A stretch of DNA of 64,000 bases, from positions 1-64,000 of IMG/VR virus record IMGVR_UViG_3300026533_000002; one strand, 5' to 3'. Under the pieces are notes generated by a model. That model had not been told where the DNA came from, did not search any database, and was given only the letters and a program-made list of their open reading frames with translations. The position numbers were made by a program, and so were the translations under genes. The stretch is from a virus. Below, piece after piece: positions 1-10,022 of the stretch. Numbering within the stretch: the stretch's first letter is position 1; every line of letters begins with the position of its first letter.

Positions 1-20
1 ATGGTGAGAGAGATGAGTAA

Positions 21-1367
21 GACGAGCATACATCAGATGCTTCTAATAACTTTGAGTTTAAAGATAAAGCTAGAAAGAGATTAAGAGCTTTTGAGTACTG
101 GGGTTACTGGGATATTCAAGGTGATGGGGACTTAGTATCTATAGTTGCTACTTGGGTTGGTAACACTTTAATTAGATTAGAAGAGAACCCATTCCCTCAT
201 GGTAGAATACCTTTCAGTGTAGCTACGTATATGCCAGTTAAGAAGAGTGTTTATGGCGAACCTGATGCTGAGTTACTTAGAGAGAATCAAGAGTCTGTAG
301 GTAAGATGTCAAGAGCTATCCATGATACTACTGCTCAGTTAGCTGTTGGTCAGACATTTATAGATGAGAACTTCTTTCCTAGCCCTAGTCAGAAGAATGC
401 TTATGATAAAGGTAATACTGTTTACTACCGTAGTCAAATGGATCCTAGTAAAGCTATACATAAACTAGATGTGCAGAACTTAGGTTCTACTCCATTTGAT
501 GTACTACAATGGCAAGCAAGTGAAGCAGGTGAACTAGTGGGTTATAAACCATTTGGAGGTCCTGGTGGAGCTAAGAATGGTGGAGATGCTAGTTCTAGAG
601 GTTCAATGGATGCTGTTGCTAAGAGAGAGTTAAGTGTACTAAGAAGACTTAGTGATATGTTATTTGTAGATATGGCTAGAATGACTATTGCTATGAATCA
701 AGTATTCTTATCAGATGAAGAAGTAGTTCGTATTACTGATAAAGAGTTTGTAACTATTAAGAGAGATGACTTACAAGGTGACTTTGACTTAAAGGTTCAA
801 GTGTCTACTCCTGAGAGAGATGATGACCAAGCTACTAAGATAATGAAGTTACTTCAAACTAATGCTGCATCTATGGATCCAGAGATCTCTAAACTACATT
901 ATGTTAAGTTAGCTGAACTATGGAAGATAGAGGATTTAGCTGAAGCAGTATCTTCATTTAAACCAGAGCCTAGTCCTCAAGAGATGAAGATGCAAGAGTT
1001 GCAGTTACAGGAACAAGAGTTAAAGAATGCAGTACTAATGGCCCAGTTAGAAGACATACAATCTAAAGTATCTGAGAGAATCTCTAGAACTTCACAGAAT
1101 GAAAGAATGGACCCTATACTTGCAGAAGCTAAGGCACATCAAGCAGAAGCTACAGCAGAGAAACTTAAAAGTGAAACTGACTTACTTGACATTGCTGCTT
1201 TACGTATTCAGTCTGGTCAAGATAGACAGGAATCTATTGAGGATCAAGAGTATAAGGCTCAGACTAGTGCTTCAGAAGTAAATAGGAAAGCTGATATAGA
1301 TGCTAACTTGAAGTACTTAGATACTTCATTACAACGTATGCCAGCTAAACAAGTAACTGAAATATAA
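21..1367 (+). CDS. portal protein (N4 gp59-like), 5'-partial
   Basis: The frame of ORF 231..1367 is open back to nt 21 and encodes the N4-portal-like FKDKARKR..FEYWGYWDI..IVATWVG..LIRLEENPFP; C-terminal part has RELSVLRRL, NQVFL, GDFDLKV. In-frame TAA at 18-20. Lies upstream of scaffold and MCP. Confidence 0.9.
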   Translation, partial: DEHTSDASNNFEFKDKARKRLRAFEYWGYWDIQGDGDLVSIVATWVGNTLIRLEENPFPHGRIPFSVATYMPVKKSVYGEPDAELLRENQESVGKMSRAIHDTTAQLAVGQTFIDENFFPSPSQKNAYDKGNTVYYRSQMDPSKAIHKLDVQNLGSTPFDVLQWQASEAGELVGYKPFGGPGGAKNGGDASSRGSMDAVAKRELSVLRRLSDMLFVDMARMTIAMNQVFLSDEEVVRITDKEFVTIKRDDLQGDFDLKVQVSTPERDDDQATKIMKLLQTNAASMDPEISKLHYVKLAELWKIEDLAEAVSSFKPEPSPQEMKMQELQLQEQELKNAVLMAQLEDIQSKVSERISRTSQNERMDPILAEAKAHQAEATAEKLKSETDLLDIAALRIQSGQDRQESIEDQEYKAQTSASEVNRKADIDANLKYLDTSLQRMPAKQVTEI

Positions 1368-1383
1368 TAAGGAATAGATAACT

Positions 1384-1824
1384 ATGAACAACGTACCAAT
1401 GCACCCATGTAATCAAATGCAAGCTAATATGGCACCACAGGAAACTCCACAAGCTCAACAAGCACCTAACCCATACTTTACACCTAGCCCAGCTCTTCAA
1501 GGCTATAATGGGCAACTATCAGGCGAGAATGAGGCTAAGTTAGCTCAAGCCCATCAAGCAGGAGCACAAGCTGGTAAGGCTGAAGCTGAGGCTCGTATAA
1601 TGGCTTCCCTAGGCGCAAGTCAATCATTAAGACCTCAGCCACAAGTTGATGGTAGAATGGTAGAACAACTAGCTCAAGGTATAGCTGATGGATCCATAGG
1701 AGACGCTGAGCTTAACGAATTAGTTCAGAGTGGAAATGTACCACCTGAAGCAGTTCAAGCTGCTGTAGAGCTTGTGAAGGGTGCTCAGCAACCTGCCCAA
1801 GGAAGAGGTTTAGGTTCTTTCTAA
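1384..1824 (+). CDS. hypothetical Gln/Ala/Pro-rich protein
   Basis: 146-aa ORF with AAGGA SD, co-oriented in the head module. Confidence 0.7.
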   Translation: MNNVPMHPCNQMQANMAPQETPQAQQAPNPYFTPSPALQGYNGQLSGENEAKLAQAHQAGAQAGKAEAEARIMASLGASQSLRPQPQVDGRMVEQLAQGIADGSIGDAELNELVQSGNVPPEAVQAAVELVKGAQQPAQGRGLGSF

Positions 1825-1844
1825 AGTTTAAAGACTATTTAAGG

Positions 1845-1859
1845 TTAAGTGACTATAAT
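1845..1859 (+). promoter_or_regulatory. putative host sigma70 late promoter (TTAAG…TATAAT)
   Basis: Intergenic TATAAT at 1854-1859 preceded by TTAAG and an A/T-rich stretch. Confidence 0.55.
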
Positions 1860-1972
1860 CCCGTTACTTAATCAGTTACAATGTAACTACTGTTAAACAC
1901 CAATACATGAAGTGTATAAAAGCTTACACCTGAGGCAATGTGGAGACACCCTCTGTAAAGGATATACAGACA

Positions 1973-2329
1973 ATGGATTTATCTAATCTGAATGAAACAC
2001 TTAACAACATTGAAGACTATAAAAAGTCTCAACAGGAAGCTATACGATTAGGTACTTGTTTAGAAGTACTTATGAAGGACCAGAACTTCAAGGATGTTAT
2101 TTTAAATGGTTATGTCGAAGTTAGAACAGATGAGTTGTTTAAAACTTTAATGGATTATAATAGTGAAGAGCTACCAGAAGATGTCTGGAAAGAGATAAAC
2201 TCAATAAAGGGTTTAACTCATTACTTAGAAACTATTAGAATAAATAAAGCTAATGCTCCAGAGAACATTCATAGAAATGACTTAGAGAGAATTAGAGTAA
2301 CAGCAGAATCTGCTATAATTGAGGAGTAA
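1973..2329 (+). CDS. N4 gp58-like hypothetical protein
   Basis: L..L..NxDFKxVILxGY-like segment; sits between portal and gp57-like gene; ATG 1973 has an AAGGA SD (ORF track starts at GTG 1940). Confidence 0.7.
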   Translation: MDLSNLNETLNNIEDYKKSQQEAIRLGTCLEVLMKDQNFKDVILNGYVEVRTDELFKTLMDYNSEELPEDVWKEINSIKGLTHYLETIRINKANAPENIHRNDLERIRVTAESAIIEE

Positions 2330-2334
2330 CACTT

Positions 2335-3654
2335 ATGAGTAAAGAAATTGAAGAGGTAGAGTTTAGTGAAGATTTATTTGATTCACTAGTAGATGGTTCG
2401 TATAACCCTGAGGAAGAAGTACTTAGTTCAGATGATGAACTTGAGGAAGAAGTAGAGCAACAAGAGGACACAGACCAAGATATCGAAGAGGAAGAAGAAG
2501 AGGAACTTGATGAAGTAAACGACGGTGAACTTGATGAAGACTTAGACTCTGACACTGAGGTTGAGGAAGAAGACACTCTAGTAGAAGCTGATGATTTAGA
2601 TGATGAAGATAGTGATATTGATACAGAAGAGGAAGTAGCTGACGAAACTACTGAATCAGATGAGGATGACACTACTGAGGTATCAGAAGATAGTACAGAA
2701 ACAGAAGAGAAGAGCGACGGCAAAGCTCCAGACACTGAGACTATCGATTATAAAGCTTTCTATGATGCTGTAGTTAATACTGAGTTTGTGGTAAATAATA
2801 AGAAAGTTAAAGGCTTTGCAGACCCTAAGAAGATTATCCAGGCACAGCAAATGGCTGGTGGATTCTCTGAAAAGATGGCAGGCTTTAAACAGTATAGACC
2901 ATTTATGAATCCTCTTAAAGAGAGAGGGATGCTTGAAGATCAAAGTAAGTTTGACTTCGCTATGAACATTATCGATGGTGACAAAGAAGCTATTAAACAG
3001 CATCTTAAGACCTTAAACATAGACCCTATTGACCTTGATATGGATGAGATTTCATACAAAGGTACTAAGGCTACTGCTAGTGAGGAATCTATTATTATAG
3101 AGGATACGTTGGAAAGAGCAAGGAGTCTAGGTGTAGAGGACAAGTTACGTCAGGTAATTGGGAGTGAGTGGGATGCTGAGAGTTTCCAGGAGTTTATGAG
3201 TGCTCCTGATCTAAGAAGAGATTTAGTAAATCATATTCAAGATGGTGGTTATGATATAGTTCAGGACAAGATTGCTGAGATTAAACGAATTGATTACGAT
3301 GGTTCATTTAATAACATGAGTTCTGTTAACCAATATCGTGCTGCTGTAGATGAGATTCTTAAGCAACAAAAAGCAGCTGCACCTACTAAACAACAAGAAG
3401 TTGTGGAAAATACTCCCACTAAAGCTTCTGTTAAGGTAGAGAAAGCTAAGATACAGGATTCAAGAAAGGAAGAGGTTTATAAGGAGAAAGTAGCTAAGCG
3501 TGAGGCAACTATTGCTAAACAACGTAAGCGAGCTTCTGCTACATCTAAGTCTAGAGCTAAGAGTAAACCTAAACCTAAGTTTGATCCTATGGCGTTAGAA
3601 GGTGAAGAGTTTGATGCTCATATGGAGTATCTTATTTCAGGCGGTAGAGGTTAG
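2335..3654 (+). CDS. N4 gp57-like acidic scaffolding / 'tape measure'-annotated protein
   Basis: Very acidic N-terminus, QMAGGFSEKM motif, GDKEAIKQHLK, basic C-terminus; immediately upstream of MCP. Confidence 0.8.
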   Translation: MSKEIEEVEFSEDLFDSLVDGSYNPEEEVLSSDDELEEEVEQQEDTDQDIEEEEEEELDEVNDGELDEDLDSDTEVEEEDTLVEADDLDDEDSDIDTEEEVADETTESDEDDTTEVSEDSTETEEKSDGKAPDTETIDYKAFYDAVVNTEFVVNNKKVKGFADPKKIIQAQQMAGGFSEKMAGFKQYRPFMNPLKERGMLEDQSKFDFAMNIIDGDKEAIKQHLKTLNIDPIDLDMDEISYKGTKATASEESIIIEDTLERARSLGVEDKLRQVIGSEWDAESFQEFMSAPDLRRDLVNHIQDGGYDIVQDKIAEIKRIDYDGSFNNMSSVNQYRAAVDEILKQQKAAAPTKQQEVVENTPTKASVKVEKAKIQDSRKEEVYKEKVAKREATIAKQRKRASATSKSRAKSKPKPKFDPMALEGEEFDAHMEYLISGGRG

Positions 3655-3691
3655 TCCCTCACCCCTAAAACAATAATATTAAAGGATTAAA

Positions 3692-5056
3692 ATGTCATTA
3701 ACATCAAAATTTAACGGCGGTAAGTTAAACTCAACAGGGATTGACGAACAATATAACGACAAGTTCTGGTCAAAAGGTGCTATTAAAGAAGCAGCTAAGA
3801 AACGTACATTTACACAGTTAGGTGATAGACTTACTCAACCTAAACATTTCGGTGATGAGATTGTTAAAGAACGTCAATTCCCAATCTTACATGAGCTTAA
3901 CCGTTTAGATGGTGGTATTGATGCAACAACTGCTAACCTAATCGAAGGTACTTACTATGCTTATGATGCTAATGGTGAAATCCTAGCAGATGGTATTTTT
4001 GAGTCTCGTAACTATGAAGCTGATGCTCAAGATGTTGGTGGTATGCCAGGTTCTTTTAATGCTCATAAAGCAGCTACAGATGCAACTGGTTCAGTTAAGG
4101 TTCTTAATGGTACAGGTACATTATTTGGTGGTGATGCAGAGTATTCAGTACTTCGTGGTGCTTTCCCAACTCTTACTGAAGATGGTGGAAATGTTAATGC
4201 AGTTAATACTAAATCTATTACTGTTCGTGGTACTGTATCTGAGTTTGGTGCTCACATGAAGTTCACTCAACGTTCTATTGATATGGATTCTCGTACTGGT
4301 GTACTAGCACAGAAAACTCAAGCTCTTGGTGAGTTGAAAGGTGATATCTTTGAAGCACAAGTACAGTCTGACTTACTTAATGCATCAGAACTTAACCGTA
4401 CATTTGGTGGTAATAAACTAGACTTAGCTTCTTGTAATGCTGAATCTGTATTAACTTACGGCGACTTAAGAGCAATGGAATTAGAGCTTAAGCGTGCTCG
4501 TGTACCGACTAGCACTAAACTAATCTCTGGTTCAACTAAGATTGGTACTAAAGTAGTAGCTAGTGCTTACTATGTTTATGTTGGCCAAGAGTTAACTCCA
4601 ATGTTAGAAGACATGGAACACATGGGTGAGAAAGTATGGGCTCCTATCGAAACTTACGCTGATGCTGGTGCAGTAGCAGTTGGTGAGATTGGTAAGATTG
4701 GTCGTTTCCGTTTCATCGAAGTTGAGAATATGCAACGCTACCGTGGTGTGGGTGTGGAGAATGCTGATGATGGTTCAGTTAATGATACAGCAGGTTACTA
4801 TGCTTCATTACCTGTAAATGGTACTGGTGCTGAGCACTTTGATGTATTCCCTATCTTATTCGTAGGTACTGATTCATTTGCTACTGTTGGATTTGAAGGT
4901 GATTCTTCTAAAATCAAAACAGCAATGCCTAAAGCTGATGCACATATGGATCCATTTGGTAAAACTGGTTCTATGAGTATCTCATGGTACTTCGGTACAT
5001 TGATCTATAGAGCAGAGCGTATACGTCAGCTTGCAGTGGTTGCACCAATCGCCTAG
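3692..5056 (+). CDS. major capsid protein (N4 gp56 family)
   Basis: PKHFGDEI, GIDA, LTEDGGNVN, GEIGKIGRFRFI, DVFPILFVG.DSF, DPFGKTG.MSI.WYFG motifs. Confidence 0.95.
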   Translation: MSLTSKFNGGKLNSTGIDEQYNDKFWSKGAIKEAAKKRTFTQLGDRLTQPKHFGDEIVKERQFPILHELNRLDGGIDATTANLIEGTYYAYDANGEILADGIFESRNYEADAQDVGGMPGSFNAHKAATDATGSVKVLNGTGTLFGGDAEYSVLRGAFPTLTEDGGNVNAVNTKSITVRGTVSEFGAHMKFTQRSIDMDSRTGVLAQKTQALGELKGDIFEAQVQSDLLNASELNRTFGGNKLDLASCNAESVLTYGDLRAMELELKRARVPTSTKLISGSTKIGTKVVASAYYVYVGQELTPMLEDMEHMGEKVWAPIETYADAGAVAVGEIGKIGRFRFIEVENMQRYRGVGVENADDGSVNDTAGYYASLPVNGTGAEHFDVFPILFVGTDSFATVGFEGDSSKIKTAMPKADAHMDPFGKTGSMSISWYFGTLIYRAERIRQLAVVAPIA

Positions 5057-5090
5057 ATTAGTCAACTCTCTGTAGTTGAACTACCTCTAT

Positions 5091-5119
5091 GATTGTGGTG
5101 TAATACCACAATCTTCTTG
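5091..5119 (+). terminator. hairpin / putative terminator after MCP
   Basis: GATTGTGGT-GTAAT-ACCACAATC perfect 9-bp stem followed by TTCTTG. Confidence 0.6.
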
Positions 5120-5145
5120 TCATAACTTAAGTCCTACCTAAGGGA

Positions 5146-5158
5146 CTTAGGCTATAAT
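5146..5158 (+). promoter_or_regulatory. putative sigma70 -10 (GCTATAAT)
   Basis: TATAAT at 5153-5158, intergenic, upstream of 5242. Confidence 0.5.
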
Positions 5159-5241
5159 CCCACAACTTAAATAAGGTGCTACTAAGTAGCTAACATAAGG
5201 CAATAGGTACTAACCTATCCGAAACAATAGGACGATTAATA

Positions 5242-5790
5242 ATGGAACAATACGAAAATATGACAAATGTAGAGCTTAAAGAAGCTTGTGTAGATTTAGG
5301 ATTAGAAGTAAAGAGTAAGAGCCCAGGTAAACCTAATAAGACTGAATATATAGAGGCTTTAACTGCTGACAAAGAAGCTAAAGAACTAGCTAAGAAGAAG
5401 GTAGCGGAGAGTAAGTTAATTAGAACTCCTCGTAAGTTATCTAAAGCTCAAGCTGTTAAACTAGATGCTCTTCGTAAAGAGAGAGTTATTGTTAGAGATA
5501 TGCAAGAGTCACAAACTAAAGATGAGTTATTATCTGTATCATGGGGTAACCCAGTTGTAGGTTTCTACACTGATATGATTGACTTAAGTGGTGAGCCTCA
5601 GTTTATCCATCGTGGTGCTTTATTCAACCTTCGTTCTGCTACTATGACTATTAAAACTCCTAAAGCTAGTGGTGGTTACAGTGCTACGGTTAAGAAGAGA
5701 TTTGTTATTGTAGAAGCTGAGAAGATTACTCAGAAAGAGTTAGATGAGTTAGCTGCTTTACAGAAGATGAGAAATTCAAAAGCTGCTTAG
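5242..5790 (+). CDS. N4 gp55-like protein
   Basis: N-terminal HeH-like segment (ELKEACVDLGLEV), WGNPVVG, KKRFVIV…ELDELAALQ; follows MCP. Confidence 0.75.
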   Translation: MEQYENMTNVELKEACVDLGLEVKSKSPGKPNKTEYIEALTADKEAKELAKKKVAESKLIRTPRKLSKAQAVKLDALRKERVIVRDMQESQTKDELLSVSWGNPVVGFYTDMIDLSGEPQFIHRGALFNLRSATMTIKTPKASGGYSATVKKRFVIVEAEKITQKELDELAALQKMRNSKAA

Positions 5791-5812
5791 TGCATTAGAG
5801 TACTAGTTTATA

Positions 5813-5836
5813 TAGAGCCTTATTAGTAGGGCTCTA
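5813..5836 (+). terminator. stem-loop after gp55-like gene
   Basis: TAGAGCCTTA-TTAG-TAGGGCTCTA, 10-bp stem with one G·U pair. Confidence 0.55.
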
Positions 5837-5864
5837 GTATATATTAATACAAGGATTACCTACA

Positions 5865-6350
5865 ATGGCAGGAACTATAAAGTTCGAGAAGTATAAGAGG
5901 CTAGGTAAGACTGTATTCTTTGCTACAAATGAAAATACTAGTGAGCATACTAACTTCAGTATTGGATATGATACTCCAAGAGAATTTCATCATAAACCTA
6001 TATCAGACTTAGATTCAGAAGTATTACTTAGTATTACAGTAGTTAGGGATGTTGAGTTCTATAAAGACTACTCAGCAGAGGTTGAGTTTATGGACTCTAT
6101 TGCTAATGTTGTTTACTTAGACAGCATTGGTAATAGTACAGACTCTGAGCTATTAGCTGAAGGTTATGAGGTATTAATAACTTACCCATCTTCTAAACCA
6201 GTTTATGGTATAAGTAGACAATACACTGGAGAACTAGAGCAAGGCTGTACAGAGTCTAGTAGTGTTAAATACGAAGGTAGGATACTAGATCCTTCAATTA
6301 CATTAGTAAAGGCTGTGCTAGTTACAGAACATAAAGAGGAGTTAATATAA
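5865..6350 (+). CDS. hypothetical (structural module)
   Basis: 161-aa ORF, AAGGA SD, TAATG coupling to the next gene. Confidence 0.7.
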   Translation: MAGTIKFEKYKRLGKTVFFATNENTSEHTNFSIGYDTPREFHHKPISDLDSEVLLSITVVRDVEFYKDYSAEVEFMDSIANVVYLDSIGNSTDSELLAEGYEVLITYPSSKPVYGISRQYTGELEQGCTESSSVKYEGRILDPSITLVKAVLVTEHKEELI

Positions 6351-7852
6351 TGGTAGACATTAAATGGAATAGTCTAGTAGGTGATAAAACTGTTGAGGTA
6401 GGAGGGTTTGTAGGAGACTTGATGACAATCTCTGCTGCTCATATTGATAAGGCAGTACAGGCTTCTAGGCTGACTCAGGACCAAGCAGGTGAAGTATACG
6501 CTGCTATGATACCTAGTGCTTTTCAGAATGGTATGCAATTCCTATTACAGGAGAAGTTAGTAGAGGCTCAGATAGCTAAGGCTGACTTAGATGTTGAGAT
6601 AGCGGCTATTAATAAGATATTGGTAGAGAGACAAGTTCTCCAGATAGAGACTAATATAGAGATCTCTAAAGAGATGCATGAGGCTAAGGTTAATGAAGTT
6701 ACATTGGCTACTGCAAGAGCTAACACTCAGTTAGAGGATAGCCTATTAAGTTCTGACCTACAAAGAAAAGCTACTGAAGCTCAGACTATTGAGATTAAGA
6801 AGGCTAGTACTAGAGCAGACACTCAGTTGAGTGATTCTTTAATTAGTGCTGATACACAACGTAAACAAATAGTAGCACAGACAGAAGAAGTTGTTAAAGC
6901 CAGTACTAGAGCTGATGAGCAATTAGCTGATAGCCTGCTTACAACTGACAAGCAAAGAGTGTTATTAGATACTCAAGAAGAGGTAGAGACTTATAAACTA
7001 AATACTATGCTGCCTAAAGAAGTTGAGGTTAAAGAAAGACAGATAATAGAAGCTGAAACTATGGGTACTAAGAATAGAGAGTCTATAGATAAGAAGGATG
7101 CAGTTAGTGAAGCTCAGTTGACTCTTGTTAATGCTCAAGCTACTGAAGTTAGAAAGAAGTCTGCTAGAGACACTGCTATGAATACTGCTCAGATAAAAGA
7201 ACTAGAGAGAACTACTTCTCGTAAGGATGCTGAGTCTGCTCAAGTTGTAACTGAGAGAACTGAGAAGTGGGATAAACAAAAGAACATAGTAGATGACCAG
7301 GTATTTATGAGTAGTGTGGATAAGACTAATAAAGCTAGAAATGTTGAGCTAGATATTCATCAGAAAGAGCTAGTGGCTAAACAACTAGTAGCTGATACTG
7401 AGTTCAACGTAGAAAAGAAAGAGATTATGACTCATACTCGTAAGGATAATATTAGAACCAAAGCTGCTGAACAATTTGCCGAGTTCCTTAAGTATATGTC
7501 TGCTTCTGATGCTGTGCCAGCTGCTACTGACTTCTATAATATAAGAGTTCTTATAAATGATATGGTTAAAGGTAGTGAGGATCCTGATAGAGCTCCTACA
7601 CCACTTGTAGTAAGAACAGGGTTTAAAATGGGTAAAGGCCCTTTTACTTTAAAAGGTACAGCTGATAATGATGCAATATATACTGATGACAATGGTAAGA
7701 ACTGTAACGCAAACTATGAGATACTAGGAGCAACTGGTGGTGGTACTGATGATAAAGACAGAATCCCAATAGAGACTACTGTTCCTAGTGAGTTTAATGG
7801 TGGAGTAGTTGGTACTATTTATGGCGCTACTGACTACACTAAGACTAAATAG
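6350..7852 (+). CDS. N4 gp54-like virion structural protein
   Basis: N-terminal G.F..LM..I..H….RLT….EVY motif; coiled-coil with 32-aa repeats; position in module. Confidence 0.7.
   Translation: MVDIKWNSLVGDKTVEVGGFVGDLMTISAAHIDKAVQASRLTQDQAGEVYAAMIPSAFQNGMQFLLQEKLVEAQIAKADLDVEIAAINKILVERQVLQIETNIEISKEMHEAKVNEVTLATARANTQLEDSLLSSDLQRKATEAQTIEIKKASTRADTQLSDSLISADTQRKQIVAQTEEVVKASTRADEQLADSLLTTDKQRVLLDTQEEVETYKLNTMLPKEVEVKERQIIEAETMGTKNRESIDKKDAVSEAQLTLVNAQATEVRKKSARDTAMNTAQIKELERTTSRKDAESAQVVTERTEKWDKQKNIVDDQVFMSSVDKTNKARNVELDIHQKELVAKQLVADTEFNVEKKEIMTHTRKDNIRTKAAEQFAEFLKYMSASDAVPAATDFYNIRVLINDMVKGSEDPDRAPTPLVVRTGFKMGKGPFTLKGTADNDAIYTDDNGKNCNANYEILGATGGGTDDKDRIPIETTVPSEFNGGVVGTIYGATDYTKTK
6707..6994 (+). 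repeat. three tandem ~96-nt (32-aa) repeats in gp54-like gene
   Basis: ATARANTQLEDSLLSSDLQR / ASTRADTQLSDSLISADTQR / ASTRADEQLADSLLTTDKQR starting at 6707, 6803, 6899. Confidence 0.85.
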
Positions 7853-7854
7853 TA

Positions 7855-8331
7855 GTGAAGAGTTCAAGCTCACCTTTTGAGATAAAGGCTATAAGACGTA
7901 ATACAGGTACTGCTCCTGTAGATCATTGGACTATTAATAAGTTCAATGACCACACATACTTTAACAAAAGTGCATCTATGTATAGTAATAGTGGTCTTAG
8001 TATATACTATGACTCTGGAGATGTTAGAAATACTATGCCAAGTATTAGGCTATCTCCTAGCCTGTCAGTATTCTATAACAACACTATAAAGCTAGGATTC
8101 CCTAACGAGGAAGGTAGCTCAGACAATACTAACGGCAATGAAGGTGGACTTTCAATCAACTATAAGGATATTCAACTAGCTCCTTGGACTGTATTTAATT
8201 TTAACTATAATGACGGTAATGAGGATGAAGATGATGATAGGATACCTAAGTTTATAGGTAAAATAAATGTAGAGGATGTAGAGTTTATTGGTAGTGGTAC
8301 TACTGATAAAACTATAGTAGAGTGGGATTAA
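7855..8331 (+). CDS. hypothetical virion protein
   Basis: 158-aa ORF with GTG start directly after the gp54-like gene. Confidence 0.6.
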   Translation: MKSSSSPFEIKAIRRNTGTAPVDHWTINKFNDHTYFNKSASMYSNSGLSIYYDSGDVRNTMPSIRLSPSLSVFYNNTIKLGFPNEEGSSDNTNGNEGGLSINYKDIQLAPWTVFNFNYNDGNEDEDDDRIPKFIGKINVEDVEFIGSGTTDKTIVEWD

Positions 8332-8393
8332 CATGAATAAAAGCTATGTATTAACTAAAGGGATACTTACTAAAGTAGAAGATGTGTAAATAG

Positions 8394-9908
8394 ATGAGTA
8401 CAGCCATATCCGATGATGATGTAAAAGAATACTTAAAGCATAGTGATAGTGACTCATCTATATCGGACAAGTACAAGATAAATTATGATAGTTCAGGTGA
8501 CATTGAATTTACTAAGACAGTAAGTACTAGTAATAAGAGCTGGTATCAGAAAGGTGTTCTTGGAGATATAGATTCAGCAGCTTCTACATTTGACCAGTTC
8601 GTAGATACTACTACTAAAGATCTTGATAAAGGCATTACTAAAGCAGTAGACGATGTAATTGACATACCTTCTAACTTACATAAAGAATATAATAAGTTTG
8701 AAAAAGTTGTTGTAGACTTAGAAGAGTTTGGCGAAGAGATAGCTAAACAGACAGGGTTATCTGGCGACAGGCAAGATGATGAAAAGGCTATTAGTAACTC
8801 AGCTGATAGGCTTGAAGACCTTCAAGAACAATTACAAGAAGATGTATCAGGTATAGATGATAACAGCTTTATGGGTGAGATATTTACATTATCTTATAAT
8901 AATAAAGTTAGAGATGCTATAGATTCCTCAGAGTACTATACCGAATTAACTAGGTATGAAGGTCTTGTAGATAAGTACGAGAAAGAGTACGCTGTAGGTA
9001 TCCTACTGGATAAACTAGCTGAAGATATGCCTATCATGAAACCTATGTTAGGTTCGTTTAGAATTATAGGTGGGCTATTTAATGAGGTAGATGCCTTAGG
9101 TAGGTCTATAGATGATGGGGAACTTGCTAACTCTCTAGAGCATACATTTAAAATAGCCGGTATTGCACTAGCATTGTACGGTATCTACGTAACAATACCT
9201 GTATGCCCTTTATGTGCTGGATTTATGATAGCTGGACTAGTTTCATCTTTAGATGCTGCTTATGGTAATAGTCAAATATTAGGTGCAGTATTTAACGTCC
9301 TTGATGAGATATTTACTGGAGAGCTACTACAGCTAGACGAGAGATGGGGAGAGGGTTGGAATAGTTTTGATGAGGATAGTAAATACTATCAAGATACAAT
9401 AGCTTACACTCAGATAACACTTTCAATAGCTGCTGCTATTTCTTCTCTTTATGTTCCTACTACTCCGACCGATACTTCAGCTACTGGGCAAGTAATGGCT
9501 GCAACAGGCACAGCTTCTAAGTACTATGGCCTACTTCAACAAGCTCAGCAAATCAATGATATAGTTGAACAATATAATAACTTAGATAACCTAGAGACAG
9601 AGCTAAGAGATAGGCAGGATCTTATCACTAAGAGACAGTCAGATGCTAGAAGAAACAAGATGTTTAAAGCTTATAGAGAGATGGAGTCTATGCTTACTGA
9701 TGAAGATATAGCTATACTTAACTATGAGTACATGCTTTATAATGACCCTACTGCAGTTATAGATCCTGAACTACTTATTAGAGGCAATCCTTCTACTAAT
9801 AGAAGTAGTGGTAATAGTGATGCTACTAGCTTTGGATTTGAAGAGTTATTTGATTATGAAACTATGAATGGTGGTAGTAACTATACTAATTCAATGCTAT
9901 TTGGATAG
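8394..9908 (+). CDS. virion protein with transmembrane segments (N4 gp53-like position)
   Basis: Hydrophobic helices IAGIALALYGIYVTIPVCPLCAGFMIAGL and ITLSIAAAISSLY followed by a coiled coil; position before the ejection genes. Confidence 0.6.
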   Translation: MSTAISDDDVKEYLKHSDSDSSISDKYKINYDSSGDIEFTKTVSTSNKSWYQKGVLGDIDSAASTFDQFVDTTTKDLDKGITKAVDDVIDIPSNLHKEYNKFEKVVVDLEEFGEEIAKQTGLSGDRQDDEKAISNSADRLEDLQEQLQEDVSGIDDNSFMGEIFTLSYNNKVRDAIDSSEYYTELTRYEGLVDKYEKEYAVGILLDKLAEDMPIMKPMLGSFRIIGGLFNEVDALGRSIDDGELANSLEHTFKIAGIALALYGIYVTIPVCPLCAGFMIAGLVSSLDAAYGNSQILGAVFNVLDEIFTGELLQLDERWGEGWNSFDEDSKYYQDTIAYTQITLSIAAAISSLYVPTTPTDTSATGQVMAATGTASKYYGLLQQAQQINDIVEQYNNLDNLETELRDRQDLITKRQSDARRNKMFKAYREMESMLTDEDIAILNYEYMLYNDPTAVIDPELLIRGNPSTNRSSGNSDATSFGFEELFDYETMNGGSNYTNSMLFG

Positions 9909-10022
9909 GTTAAATACAGCCATATAAGCTATGTATTAGCTACAATACCATTTACTAGATATAATGTGTAGTGTAAGAGATAAAACTCCTTCACGGTAAA
10001 GTATAGCTCACTCTGGTACGTG

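Noticed and set aside
8333-8389. 18-codon mini-ORF MNKSYVLTKGILTKVEDV
   Set aside because: Too short to support without homologs or expression data.
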